A program made the translations under genes and the position numbers. This document shows, piece after piece, positions 38,717-47,776 of a stretch of 64,000 nucleotides of DNA (the stretch's first letter is position 1; every line of letters starts with the position of its first letter). Under the pieces are notes generated by a model. That model made no database searches. It had not been told where the DNA came from and worked only from the letters and a program-made list of their open reading frames with translations. The stretch is taken from NCBI GenBank assembly GCA_045627785.1, contig JAZQOF010000036.1, forward strand, positions 97,630-161,629, in the 5' to 3' direction. Source of the DNA: Bacteroidales bacterium. GTDB taxonomy: Bacteria; Bacteroidota; Bacteroidia; Bacteroidales; UBA3663.

Positions 38717-39991
38717 ATGTCTTCGCAAGAGATGTATAGTCTTGTCGCAGAATTGTTCCCAATCTGTAGGTCTATTACAGGAGAGGGGACAAGACAGACA
38801 TTGCTAAGGCTTCAGCAGGAATTGCCACAAATGACAATTCACTATGTCCCGTCTGGCACACAAGTATTTGATTGGACTGTGCCAAAGGAATGGTCAATAT
38901 GCGATGCTTATATTGAGACTACTGATGGTCAAAAAATAATCGATTTTAAAGAAAATAATCTTCATGTGTTAGGTTATTCTGCACCAATTGACAAAATCGT
39001 AACAAAAAAAGAACTTTTGTCGATGGTATATACTTCTCCTGAACATCCAGATTGGATTCCATACGTTACTTCTTACTATAAGGAGAGAAGTGGCTTTTGT
39101 ATGAGTGAGAATCAAAAGAATGCCTTGAATGAAGAAAAATATCATGTTGTAATTGATTCCAAACTTTTCGATGGCAACCTTACTTATGGAGAATTGATTA
39201 TTCCAGGAGACACTGATGAAGAAATCTTCTTCTCAACCTATGTTTGTCATCCGTCAATGGCTAATAATGAATTGTCAGGCCCTGCTGTTGCGGTAGCTTT
39301 GGCAAAATATGTTCAGAGCATAGAGCATAGATATACTTATCGTTTTGTTTTTATTCCGGAAACTATTGGATCTATAACATATCTTAGCAAGAATGTTGAT
39401 TATCTCAAGAATCATGTTATTGCAGGTTTTGTATTAACATGTATAGGTGACAACAGAACTTATTCTTATATAGAATCTCCTTTTGGTGACAATTTGGCAG
39501 ACAGAGTAGCTCAAAATGTGTTGTCTTTCCATTATCCGGATTATATTCGGTATTCATTCATAGAAAGAGGTTCTGACGAGCGTCAGTATTGCTCTCCTTT
39601 GGTTAATTTGCCGATGTGCACAATTTGCAGATCTAAGTATCATGTCTATCCAGAATATCACACTTCGGCAGATGATTTGTCGCTAGTGTCGCCTGAAGGG
39701 TTAGAGGGTGCATACGAGGTCCATAGGAAATGTATTGATCTGCTTGAACTCAATCATAATTATGTGGCAGTAATTACATGCGAGCCACAATTAGGAAAAC
39801 GTGGACTTTACCCGACAATTAGTAAGCATGGAATATATAATGATGTTCGCCCTCTTCAGCATTTCTTGGCTTATGTTGATGGTAAGCATGACTTGATAGA
39901 TATCAGTAATAAAATTAAAGTGGATATTGATACACTTAAGGTGATAATTAAGAAATGTATCGATAATGGATTAGTAAAAACAGAGAAATAA
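38717..39991 (+). CDS. DUF4910 family M28-aminopeptidase-like protein
   Basis: LFPICRSITG.G.R.TL, DWTVPKEW, YVTSYY, CHPSMANNELSGP, GSDERQY, YHTSADD, C-terminal winged helix. Confidence 0.88.
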   Translation: MSSQEMYSLVAELFPICRSITGEGTRQTLLRLQQELPQMTIHYVPSGTQVFDWTVPKEWSICDAYIETTDGQKIIDFKENNLHVLGYSAPIDKIVTKKELLSMVYTSPEHPDWIPYVTSYYKERSGFCMSENQKNALNEEKYHVVIDSKLFDGNLTYGELIIPGDTDEEIFFSTYVCHPSMANNELSGPAVAVALAKYVQSIEHRYTYRFVFIPETIGSITYLSKNVDYLKNHVIAGFVLTCIGDNRTYSYIESPFGDNLADRVAQNVLSFHYPDYIRYSFIERGSDERQYCSPLVNLPMCTICRSKYHVYPEYHTSADDLSLVSPEGLEGAYEVHRKCIDLLELNHNYVAVITCEPQLGKRGLYPTISKHGIYNDVRPLQHFLAYVDGKHDLIDISNKIKVDIDTLKVIIKKCIDNGLVKTEK

Positions 39992-40000
39992 TATAGAGAT

Positions 40001-41602
40001 ATGAAAGTGTTGGCAATTATTCCTGCAAGAGCAGGTTCAAAAGGTGTTCCAAATAAGAATATACGTTTGCTCGGACAACACCCTTTGGTATATTATTCTA
40101 TTAACAATGCATTGCATTCAAAATATATTACAGATGTTATTGTTTCAACAGATTCCGACTCTGTACGAATAATTGCACAACAAATGGGAGCTAAGGTACA
40201 TTGGCGAGACGCCAAACTTTGTGGCGATGAAATCACTCTGGATTCTGTAGTTTATGATGCCATCCCAAAGGAGGAAGAATGGGATTATGTAGTCACAATG
40301 CAGCCAACTTCTCCAACCCTTACAGTCAAAACTCTTGATGGCGCTATAGAATATGCCGTTGAGCATAAGATAGATACTCTTATATCTGCAATTAATGCAC
40401 CTCATCTGTCTTGGGGTGAGAAAGATGGCAGGAAAGTGCCGAACTATGAGAAACGCCTTAATCGCCAATATTTGCCGCCATGTTATATGGAAACGGGAGC
40501 TTTTGTTATTTCAAGGGCTGATATTGTAAGTGAGAATACTAGAATCGGCGAAAATGTTGACATTTATGAGATACCAGAACGTGAATCTCAAGATATTGAT
40601 ACATTCGCTGATCTTCGTAGTGCAGCTGCATTACTTGAGGCTCAAAAAGTTGCTATATATGTTAATGGAAATAATAAGAGAGGAATTGGGCATATTTATC
40701 GAGCTCTTGAAATGGCCGATGAATTTTATGTGAAGCCAGATGTCTATTATGATGTTAACCAAACGGATATTAAGGTTTTCGGACAAACAACCCATAACCT
40801 TATTCCTGTTAATGGCATTGCTGAACTTTTTGAGATATGCAAGCGTGAGCAATATTCAATTTTTATTAATGATATTCTTACAACTTCAATTGACTACATG
40901 ATTGGTTTGCGTTCTGTATTGCCAAATGCAAAACTTATCAATTTCGAGGATGATGGAGAAGGAATATTAAAAGCAGATCTTGTCTTTAATGCTTTGTACA
41001 CAGATCAGACACTTCCTTATGTGCATGGTGGTGAAAAGTATTATATCTGTGGAAAAACATTCATGTTCTACGATCCAATCCAGATTAAGAAGGATGTAAA
41101 ACGTGTATTCATATCTTTCGGAGGGGCAGATCCGCAAAATTATTCTGACAGATTGTTGAATATTGTCGCTAAGGATGAGTTTAAGAATTACGAATTTGTC
41201 TTTGCACTTGGAAGAGCAAAATACAATGTCGAGGCTCTTCTTGAGTATAACAAATATGAAAATATTGAAGTCCTTTATGACGTATCAAATATGCCTGAAT
41301 TGATGTCTTCTTGTGACATTGCTATGACTTCAAGAGGTAGAACTTGTTATGAATTAGCGTTGCTTGGCATTCCTTCAATTGCGATGGCACAGAATCATCG
41401 AGAGGAAAAACATGGATTCGTGTTTAATGATAATGGATTCGCTTATATAGGTCTTAACCCGAGTGATGAAATCATCGAAGGAACACTAAAGATGTACCTC
41501 AATCTGTCTCAAGCATCTCGTCAACAACTTCATGATAAGCTATTGTCTCACGATCTTCGAGGTGGTCGCAAGCGAGTCATGTCTCTTATTCGTGGATTAT
41601 AA
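40001..41602 (+). CDS. CMP-ulosonic acid synthetase (NeuA/PseF-like) fused to a PseG/SpsG-like domain
   Basis: N-domain IIPARAGSKG..KN, QPTSP, DID. C-domain GIGHIYR, FGGADP, MPELM, YELALLGIP. Confidence 0.85.
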   Translation: MKVLAIIPARAGSKGVPNKNIRLLGQHPLVYYSINNALHSKYITDVIVSTDSDSVRIIAQQMGAKVHWRDAKLCGDEITLDSVVYDAIPKEEEWDYVVTMQPTSPTLTVKTLDGAIEYAVEHKIDTLISAINAPHLSWGEKDGRKVPNYEKRLNRQYLPPCYMETGAFVISRADIVSENTRIGENVDIYEIPERESQDIDTFADLRSAAALLEAQKVAIYVNGNNKRGIGHIYRALEMADEFYVKPDVYYDVNQTDIKVFGQTTHNLIPVNGIAELFEICKREQYSIFINDILTTSIDYMIGLRSVLPNAKLINFEDDGEGILKADLVFNALYTDQTLPYVHGGEKYYICGKTFMFYDPIQIKKDVKRVFISFGGADPQNYSDRLLNIVAKDEFKNYEFVFALGRAKYNVEALLEYNKYENIEVLYDVSNMPELMSSCDIAMTSRGRTCYELALLGIPSIAMAQNHREEKHGFVFNDNGFAYIGLNPSDEIIEGTLKMYLNLSQASRQQLHDKLLSHDLRGGRKRVMSLIRGL

Positions 41603-41620
41603 TTTTTAATATTCATATTT

Positions 41621-42655
41621 ATGAAACCTTATGTAATTGCAGAAATGGGTGTCAATTTTTATGACACAGCAAAAAACTTGAACATTACTCCTCTTGCTGC
41701 AGCAAAGATGTATATTGATGCAGCTGCTGAAGTAGGAATTGATTGTGCAAAATTCCAGTCGTATAAAGCTGGAACTATTGTGTCAAAGAATTCTCCAGCA
41801 TATTGGGATACAACAAAAGAACCGACTAAGACTCAGTATGAACTTTTCTTGAAGCATGACCATTTCGGAGAAGTAGAATATCGTGAATTATGTGATTATA
41901 CACATGCAAAGGGAATGGATTTTACATCTACTCCATTTGATTATGCATCAGCTGATTATCTGTATGATATGGTAGATTTCTATAAGATTTCTTCCTCTGA
42001 TCTTTCTAATCTCCCATTCATCCGTCATATTGGAGCAAAAGGTAAACCTGTTTATATTTCAGTAGGTGCAGCTTATCTTTCTGAGTGTGACGAAGCTATT
42101 CGCATACTTAAAGAAGAAGGCTGTAAGGATATCGTTATCTTCCATTGTGTTCTTTCATATCCAACAAATCCGAAAGATGCAAACCTTCGTGTCATTGAGA
42201 CCCTTAAGAGGACTTTCCCAGATGTCCGTGTAGGTTTCTCTGATCATGTTGCACCAGATGATACAATGATGACACTCTCTGTCGCATATATGCTTGGTGC
42301 TGAGGTAATCGAGAAACATTTTACTCTTGATAAGACTCTTCCTGGAAATGATCACTATCACGCAGGAGATCCAGAAGATTTTAAGAAAGCTATAGCAAAC
42401 TTCAAGTGGATTGATATGGTTCTTGGTAATCCGGATAAGGTCGTTTTGGATTGTGAGCAGATTCCTCGACGTGAAGCTCGCAGATCTTTGGTACTGACTC
42501 GGGACATTAAGGCAGGAGATGTATTAGCAAAAGAAGATCTCATGCCAAAACGTCCTGGAACAGGCATTTCTCCTAGATTTGAAGATATTGTTATTGGGCG
42601 TAAGGTGGTTCGCGATTTAGCAGAAGATACAATCCTTACTTGGGATATGATCTAA
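41621..42655 (+). CDS. neuB: NeuB-family nonulosonic acid synthase with SAF domain
   Basis: IAEMGVN, KFQSY, STPFD, KISS, HCVLSYP, GFSDH, IEKHFT, RRSL, KRPGTGI. Confidence 0.92.
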   Translation: MKPYVIAEMGVNFYDTAKNLNITPLAAAKMYIDAAAEVGIDCAKFQSYKAGTIVSKNSPAYWDTTKEPTKTQYELFLKHDHFGEVEYRELCDYTHAKGMDFTSTPFDYASADYLYDMVDFYKISSSDLSNLPFIRHIGAKGKPVYISVGAAYLSECDEAIRILKEEGCKDIVIFHCVLSYPTNPKDANLRVIETLKRTFPDVRVGFSDHVAPDDTMMTLSVAYMLGAEVIEKHFTLDKTLPGNDHYHAGDPEDFKKAIANFKWIDMVLGNPDKVVLDCEQIPRREARRSLVLTRDIKAGDVLAKEDLMPKRPGTGISPRFEDIVIGRKVVRDLAEDTILTWDMI

Positions 42656-42693
42656 TAACAATAGTATTTTCAGTTCCTTTTTAAGGAATCTAT

Positions 42694-44094
42694 ATGTCGA
42701 TTAATTCAATTCCGTTTCTTATTTGCTTTTTTGTATTTCTGACGATTTACTATAGTCAGCGAAATGCAAGCTCTCAGAATTGGGCTATTGCAATAGGTTC
42801 TTTACTTTTTTATTTACATGCCAATGCTGAAATGTTGCCTGTTTTGGCAATATCTACACTTATCTTTTATTTCATAGGTTTACTTATTGAAAAGAAAAAA
42901 CGATTTGTGGGTCCATATTTGATTTATGGAATAGGTATTGTTATTTTGGGTATATTTAAGTATTTTGACTTCTTTTTTGATAGCTTTAATGGTGTCTATG
43001 AGTATATTGATGAAGATATTGTAGAGATACCACATTTCCATTTGATCTTGGCATTAGGTCTAAGTTTCTATACATTCAGAATGATGTCTTATGCTTTGGA
43101 TGTTTATAATGGAAAGACAAAAGCTTGTCACGATCTTTCCCGTTTTTTTACTTATGTGAGTTTTTTTCCAGCTGTCCTTTCGGGTCCAATAGAGCGCTTT
43201 TCCAATTTTGATTCTCAGTTAGATATTCATCGAAATGTGAACTTTACGCAGATGAGAGTTGGCTTTCAGCAGATTGTTTGGGGTATGTTCAAAAAGATGG
43301 TAATAGCAGATACAGCGGAAATGTCGGTTGAATTGGTATGGAAATCTCCTGAAACGGTTTGGTCACCAATGCTGATTCTTGCTGCTTTTTTGTATAGCAT
43401 TCAGATATATTGCGATTTTTCGGGGTATAGTGATATGGCATTGGGTGTAAGTAAAATGATGGGAATAAACTTGACACCCAATTTCAAATATCCATATTTC
43501 GCTAGGAATATTCAAGAGTTTTGGCGTCGTTGGCATATTTCTTTGACATCTTGGTTTACAGATTATGTCTATATTCCCCTTGGTGGAAACAGATGCTGTA
43601 AAGCTCGAGTTTATTTTAATATCATTGTTGTCTTTGCATTGTCAGGATTATGGCATGGACAAAATATTACATATTTATATTGGGGTGTATATAATGGATT
43701 GTTAATGGTGTTTTTTGCAATTTTTGGAGCAACAAAATATAAAGATACTATTTCAAAAATAACACCGAAATCCATTTCCCAGCTTATTCTGACATTTTTA
43801 TTAGCTTCATTTGGATGGATTTTGTTCCGTTCTCCATCAATCGACGCGTTCTTCTTGTATTGTAATGGATTGGTTTCTCCAGAGCAGTGGATGATGGAAC
43901 CTATTAATATATTTGTCCATCAGCCACGTTTATTCATTTCTCTCATCCTGTTATTCTTTTTTGAGTGGAAATACAGAACTGAAGAATTTCCATTCAGCAA
44001 GAAACTCATTAATCCGTTATTCTTAGCCATTTTTTTCTGGTTTGTAATAAGCCAGCGTGGTGGCTCAATCGACTTTATCTATTATAATTTCTGA
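42694..44094 (+). CDS. MBOAT O-acyltransferase (AlgI/DltB-like)
   Basis: FKY, GLSFYTF, FFP...GPIER, DFSGYSDMA, FWRRWHISL, SGLWHG. Confidence 0.93.
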   Translation: MSINSIPFLICFFVFLTIYYSQRNASSQNWAIAIGSLLFYLHANAEMLPVLAISTLIFYFIGLLIEKKKRFVGPYLIYGIGIVILGIFKYFDFFFDSFNGVYEYIDEDIVEIPHFHLILALGLSFYTFRMMSYALDVYNGKTKACHDLSRFFTYVSFFPAVLSGPIERFSNFDSQLDIHRNVNFTQMRVGFQQIVWGMFKKMVIADTAEMSVELVWKSPETVWSPMLILAAFLYSIQIYCDFSGYSDMALGVSKMMGINLTPNFKYPYFARNIQEFWRRWHISLTSWFTDYVYIPLGGNRCCKARVYFNIIVVFALSGLWHGQNITYLYWGVYNGLLMVFFAIFGATKYKDTISKITPKSISQLILTFLLASFGWILFRSPSIDAFFLYCNGLVSPEQWMMEPINIFVHQPRLFISLILLFFFEWKYRTEEFPFSKKLINPLFLAIFFWFVISQRGGSIDFIYYNF

Positions 44095-44098
44095 TTAT

Positions 44099-44962
44099 AT
44101 GAGTTCAATTTCAAAGTACATAATTACTTTTTTGCTTTCGTTGCTTGTATTGTGTCTTGTTGTCGGAGAAACTCATTATTATATTACATATATAAAGCCG
44201 AATAAGCATTTGTTTGATACTGATAAATCAAAGCATATCTTGTTTTTAGGCGACAGCCAGTTGGAGTGTGGTATTGATGAAGCATATTTTCCCGAAGCTT
44301 TTAACCGATGTAAATCAAGCGACAGCTATTTGTTTTGTTTTGCAAAGCTTAAGGAAATGGTAAAACACAATCCGCAAATAGATACCCTTATTGTGTCTTT
44401 CAGTCATACTTCGATGTATCCAGAAGTCGATAACAGGATGCATACTGAAGGAATGGAAAAGAGGCTTTTGCTCTATTTGCCATATCTTTCGCTTGAAGAT
44501 ATAAAATGGTTTTCTTTTACTGAGATTGGAGAGAATCTTGTAAATTTTTTGTTCCCGAGTTCTCGACCGAAAGCAGAGACACGAGGAGGGTTTAATAGAC
44601 GTCCGTCAACTGAATTTTTCAAAATCCCGACATACATAGAACTTAGCGAAGATACTAAAGAATCGTTGAAGGTAAGTGAATATAAGAACGATTGTGCTAA
44701 GTTTTACTTGAGCAAAATAGAGAATTTCTGCAAGAATAATAATATAAAGCTCATTCTTTTAACGCCTCCAGTTTATAATACTAAATATCGCTCTACCTTT
44801 TGGCAGGAAGAATTAGAGAAAAATTATTCCCACTTGCCACACGTCAATTGTGAGACGATGATTTCAGATAGTCTATTTTATGACTATTCCCATCTGAACG
44901 AAGATGGAGCAAGACAGTTTAGTATTCTATTGCGGAAGTTGGTGAATAATGAAAATGATTAA
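44099..44962 (+). CDS. SGNH-like periplasmic acyl-transfer partner (AlgJ/DltD-like)
   Basis: N-terminal TM anchor from ATG 44099, FLGDSQ, and C-terminal DYSHLN (DxxH); directly after the MBOAT gene. Confidence 0.7.
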   Translation: MSSISKYIITFLLSLLVLCLVVGETHYYITYIKPNKHLFDTDKSKHILFLGDSQLECGIDEAYFPEAFNRCKSSDSYLFCFAKLKEMVKHNPQIDTLIVSFSHTSMYPEVDNRMHTEGMEKRLLLYLPYLSLEDIKWFSFTEIGENLVNFLFPSSRPKAETRGGFNRRPSTEFFKIPTYIELSEDTKESLKVSEYKNDCAKFYLSKIENFCKNNNIKLILLTPPVYNTKYRSTFWQEELEKNYSHLPHVNCETMISDSLFYDYSHLNEDGARQFSILLRKLVNNEND

Positions 44963-45169
44963 TCAAACCACTCCTTTTCGATAATTGAAATTATATAATA
45001 GTTTCTAAAACAACAAATAAAGTAATTATACTACGTATTTTGACCTGCAAAAAAACTTATCAGAGAAGTTTTATTATAAATTTACGTTTAAGGTAGTCCA
45101 TTCGTCGCGCTTTATTGAAATTTAATAGTGATGGAATGTGTGAATTTCTTTTTGAGATAAGAGAAAAAG

Positions 45170-46951
45170 ATGAATATTTTTAAGAAAATAAATATAATAT
45201 TTGCAGACAGCTTCTATAAAGTGTTTAGCAAAGATGTATTATTATTGTTTTTCTACACAATAGTAATGTTCTTCCCTATGTTACGCCGAAATGCGTATGA
45301 AGTTACACTTTGGCTATTCAACACTTTGCCATTTTGTTTTGCATTATGTTTCTTAATCTGTTTTTTGGGGCAGATTATCCTTCATTTCTTTTCAGAAAAA
45401 TACCAGAGATTTGCGTATATTGTTTGGCATGTTATCTTTTCTGTTATTGTTTATGTTATTTCGATAATAGATTATTTCCTATCAACAACATTCGGCTTAA
45501 AGTTGAATAACACAGCAATACAACTCGCGTTTCAGACAAATGCAGCAGAAACGAATGAGTTCCTGTCAACTTATGTTTTCTCAACTCGAGCATTCGTTTG
45601 CCTTGCATTATTTGGAATCCTTTTTGTTTCAGAATTATTGATTGTTAATTTTTTGAAACGATTCAATCCAATGAGGTCCTTGCTTGTAAAAATAGTTGTT
45701 GCTATTTATCTTCTCATTGGATTTGCTGGAATAGGAGTATTCTTTTATGGCTATTCTGCACCAACGGCTATTGAGATGGAGTCACGAATCTTGAGAAACA
45801 TTCCAAGTATTCAAGAGCATAACTTAGTTTCCTCTTTGATTGCAATGAGATCAATATATGATAATAAGGATTCGGCAGATAAACTTAGGAAACATATTTC
45901 TGATACTAAAATTTCTTCTCAGAATTCATATAGTGGAAATATTGTCTTGATCATAGGAGAATCTCATATCAAAAAGCACTCGTCACTTTATGGGTATAAT
46001 AAACAAACGAATCCGCTATTGGAAACTACTAAGAATAATCTGTGCATTTTCGATGATGCGATAACCGTCATAAACAGTACAAATACTGTACTAAAATACA
46101 TATTGTCAGTATCAAGTCTTGATGGTGATAATGATTGGGACGAAACCACATTCTTCCCTGCTGTTTTTAAGGCTTCAGGTTGGGATGTCTCTTTCTGGTC
46201 AAATCAAATTAGTTCGAAGCCGGGGCACGATTCGTGGAACGCTGCTATTACGAGCTATTTGAATGATCCTGTTGTTTCATCTGCATGTTTCTCTTTTCGT
46301 AATTCTGATACTTATCAATATGATGGAATAATGGTAGATTCATTATTGTCATCAGTATCGCAACAAATGGTAGATAATCGACCGAAACTCCAGATTGTGC
46401 ATTTTTGGGGACAGCATGTGGCGTATAAGCAGAGATTCCCAAGTAGCAGGCAGTTCTTTACAACCGATGACTATAAAGAACGTACAGATCTGGCAGATTC
46501 GGAAAAGCAACTGATTGCAGATTATGATAATGCAACGCGATATAACGACGAACAGATTTTCAGAATTGTTGAGAAATATAAGGATGAGGATGCCGTCATT
46601 ATTTACTTGTCAGATCATGGAGAAGAAGTTTTTGATTATCGTAAGCATTTCGGTAGAACGCATGACTTGAAACCTTTCGCTCCAAATTCATATCATTATC
46701 AGATAGATATACCATTTGTAGTTTATATGTCAAATAAATATCTCTTTAATCATCCAGAAAAGGCAGAATTGATCGGAAACTCAACTTCTCGTCCGTTTAT
46801 GATTGACGATATTTGTCATTTATTATTCTATTTAGGAGATATTGATACAGAGTGGTTCGACCCAAAACGCTGTTTGATTCATCCGGATTATAATATTGAT
46901 CGTCAGAGGGTATTGGAGAATGGTGACAATTATGAGGTTTTGTCAAAATAA
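45170..46951 (+). CDS. Phosphoethanolamine transferase (EptA/CptA-like, sulfatase fold)
   Basis: About five TM helices, then IIGES, YGY...TNP, NST, HFWGQH, YDN, SDHGE. Confidence 0.88.
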   Translation: MNIFKKINIIFADSFYKVFSKDVLLLFFYTIVMFFPMLRRNAYEVTLWLFNTLPFCFALCFLICFLGQIILHFFSEKYQRFAYIVWHVIFSVIVYVISIIDYFLSTTFGLKLNNTAIQLAFQTNAAETNEFLSTYVFSTRAFVCLALFGILFVSELLIVNFLKRFNPMRSLLVKIVVAIYLLIGFAGIGVFFYGYSAPTAIEMESRILRNIPSIQEHNLVSSLIAMRSIYDNKDSADKLRKHISDTKISSQNSYSGNIVLIIGESHIKKHSSLYGYNKQTNPLLETTKNNLCIFDDAITVINSTNTVLKYILSVSSLDGDNDWDETTFFPAVFKASGWDVSFWSNQISSKPGHDSWNAAITSYLNDPVVSSACFSFRNSDTYQYDGIMVDSLLSSVSQQMVDNRPKLQIVHFWGQHVAYKQRFPSSRQFFTTDDYKERTDLADSEKQLIADYDNATRYNDEQIFRIVEKYKDEDAVIIYLSDHGEEVFDYRKHFGRTHDLKPFAPNSYHYQIDIPFVVYMSNKYLFNHPEKAELIGNSTSRPFMIDDICHLLFYLGDIDTEWFDPKRCLIHPDYNIDRQRVLENGDNYEVLSK

Positions 46952-46978
46952 ATATGAATTCAATCCAAGCATAATTAT

Positions 46979-47776
46979 ATGAATATTCAAGATTTAATAC
47001 ATATATTTGAAACATTAGGCATAGGCAAAGGTGATAATGTCCTTGTTTCTTCTGATGTAATGAGGCTGCTTCAATATTTGTGTGCCGACGATAGGAAGAA
47101 ACTTCGAAGCAGTAAGGCAAAGGCTGCTATACTTGATGAAATAATTGATGGATTACAAAATCTAGTAGGAGAAGAAGGAACATTGCTCTTTCCTACATAT
47201 AATTGGGGGTTCTGCCATGGTGAAACTTTTGACTATTGTAAGACTCAGGGACTTACTGGTATGTTGTCCAATCAGGCATTGTCAAGGACCGATTTTCAGC
47301 GCACAAAGCATCCTATTTATTCCTTTGCAGTGTGGGGAAAAGGAACAAGTGAATTGATAGAATTGGAGAATGTCGAGTCTTTTTCATCAGATTCACCTTT
47401 CGCATGGTTACATAGAAATAATGGCAAAAATTTAACTATTGATGCAAGCCTTTACTTCACCTTTATGCATTATGTCGAAGAATCTTGTGGCATGACATAT
47501 AGGTATGTAAAGAATTTTACCTCACAATACATAGACAAAAATGGGGTAGAAGAAACTCGTACCTATTCAATGTATGTGAGGTATTTAGATTTGGTCGTAA
47601 CTTATGATCAGGATTTGTACGAATCCTATTTGAAAAGCTTGAATGTCATGAGAAGTGTCGATGTGCAAGATATGAATTTCGGCGTTACAGAGTTGTCGAA
47701 TGCATATCCATATTTGAAGGATGACATGATAAATAATAAGTCAGGAAATATAATAAAATCTATTGAGCGAGTATAA
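46979..47776 (+). CDS. AAC(3)-family N-acyltransferase
   Basis: LGI..GD.VLV.S, GTLLFPTY, RT.HPIYSF...G, SPF, TFMHYVEE. Confidence 0.85.
   Translation: MNIQDLIHIFETLGIGKGDNVLVSSDVMRLLQYLCADDRKKLRSSKAKAAILDEIIDGLQNLVGEEGTLLFPTYNWGFCHGETFDYCKTQGLTGMLSNQALSRTDFQRTKHPIYSFAVWGKGTSELIELENVESFSSDSPFAWLHRNNGKNLTIDASLYFTFMHYVEESCGMTYRYVKNFTSQYIDKNGVEETRTYSMYVRYLDLVVTYDQDLYESYLKSLNVMRSVDVQDMNFGVTELSNAYPYLKDDMINNKSGNIIKSIERV

Noticed and set aside
44963-45169. Internal promoter or terminator before the pEtN transferase
   Set aside because: Only a near-consensus -7 box (TAAATTTA) without a properly spaced -33, and no strong hairpin, so not called.
45170-46951. mcr-type colistin resistance gene
   Set aside because: Generic pEtN transferase motifs only; no IS elements or other mobile context.
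46979-47776. Aminoglycoside resistance gene
   Set aside because: Only a family-level match, embedded in a glycan locus with no mobile context.
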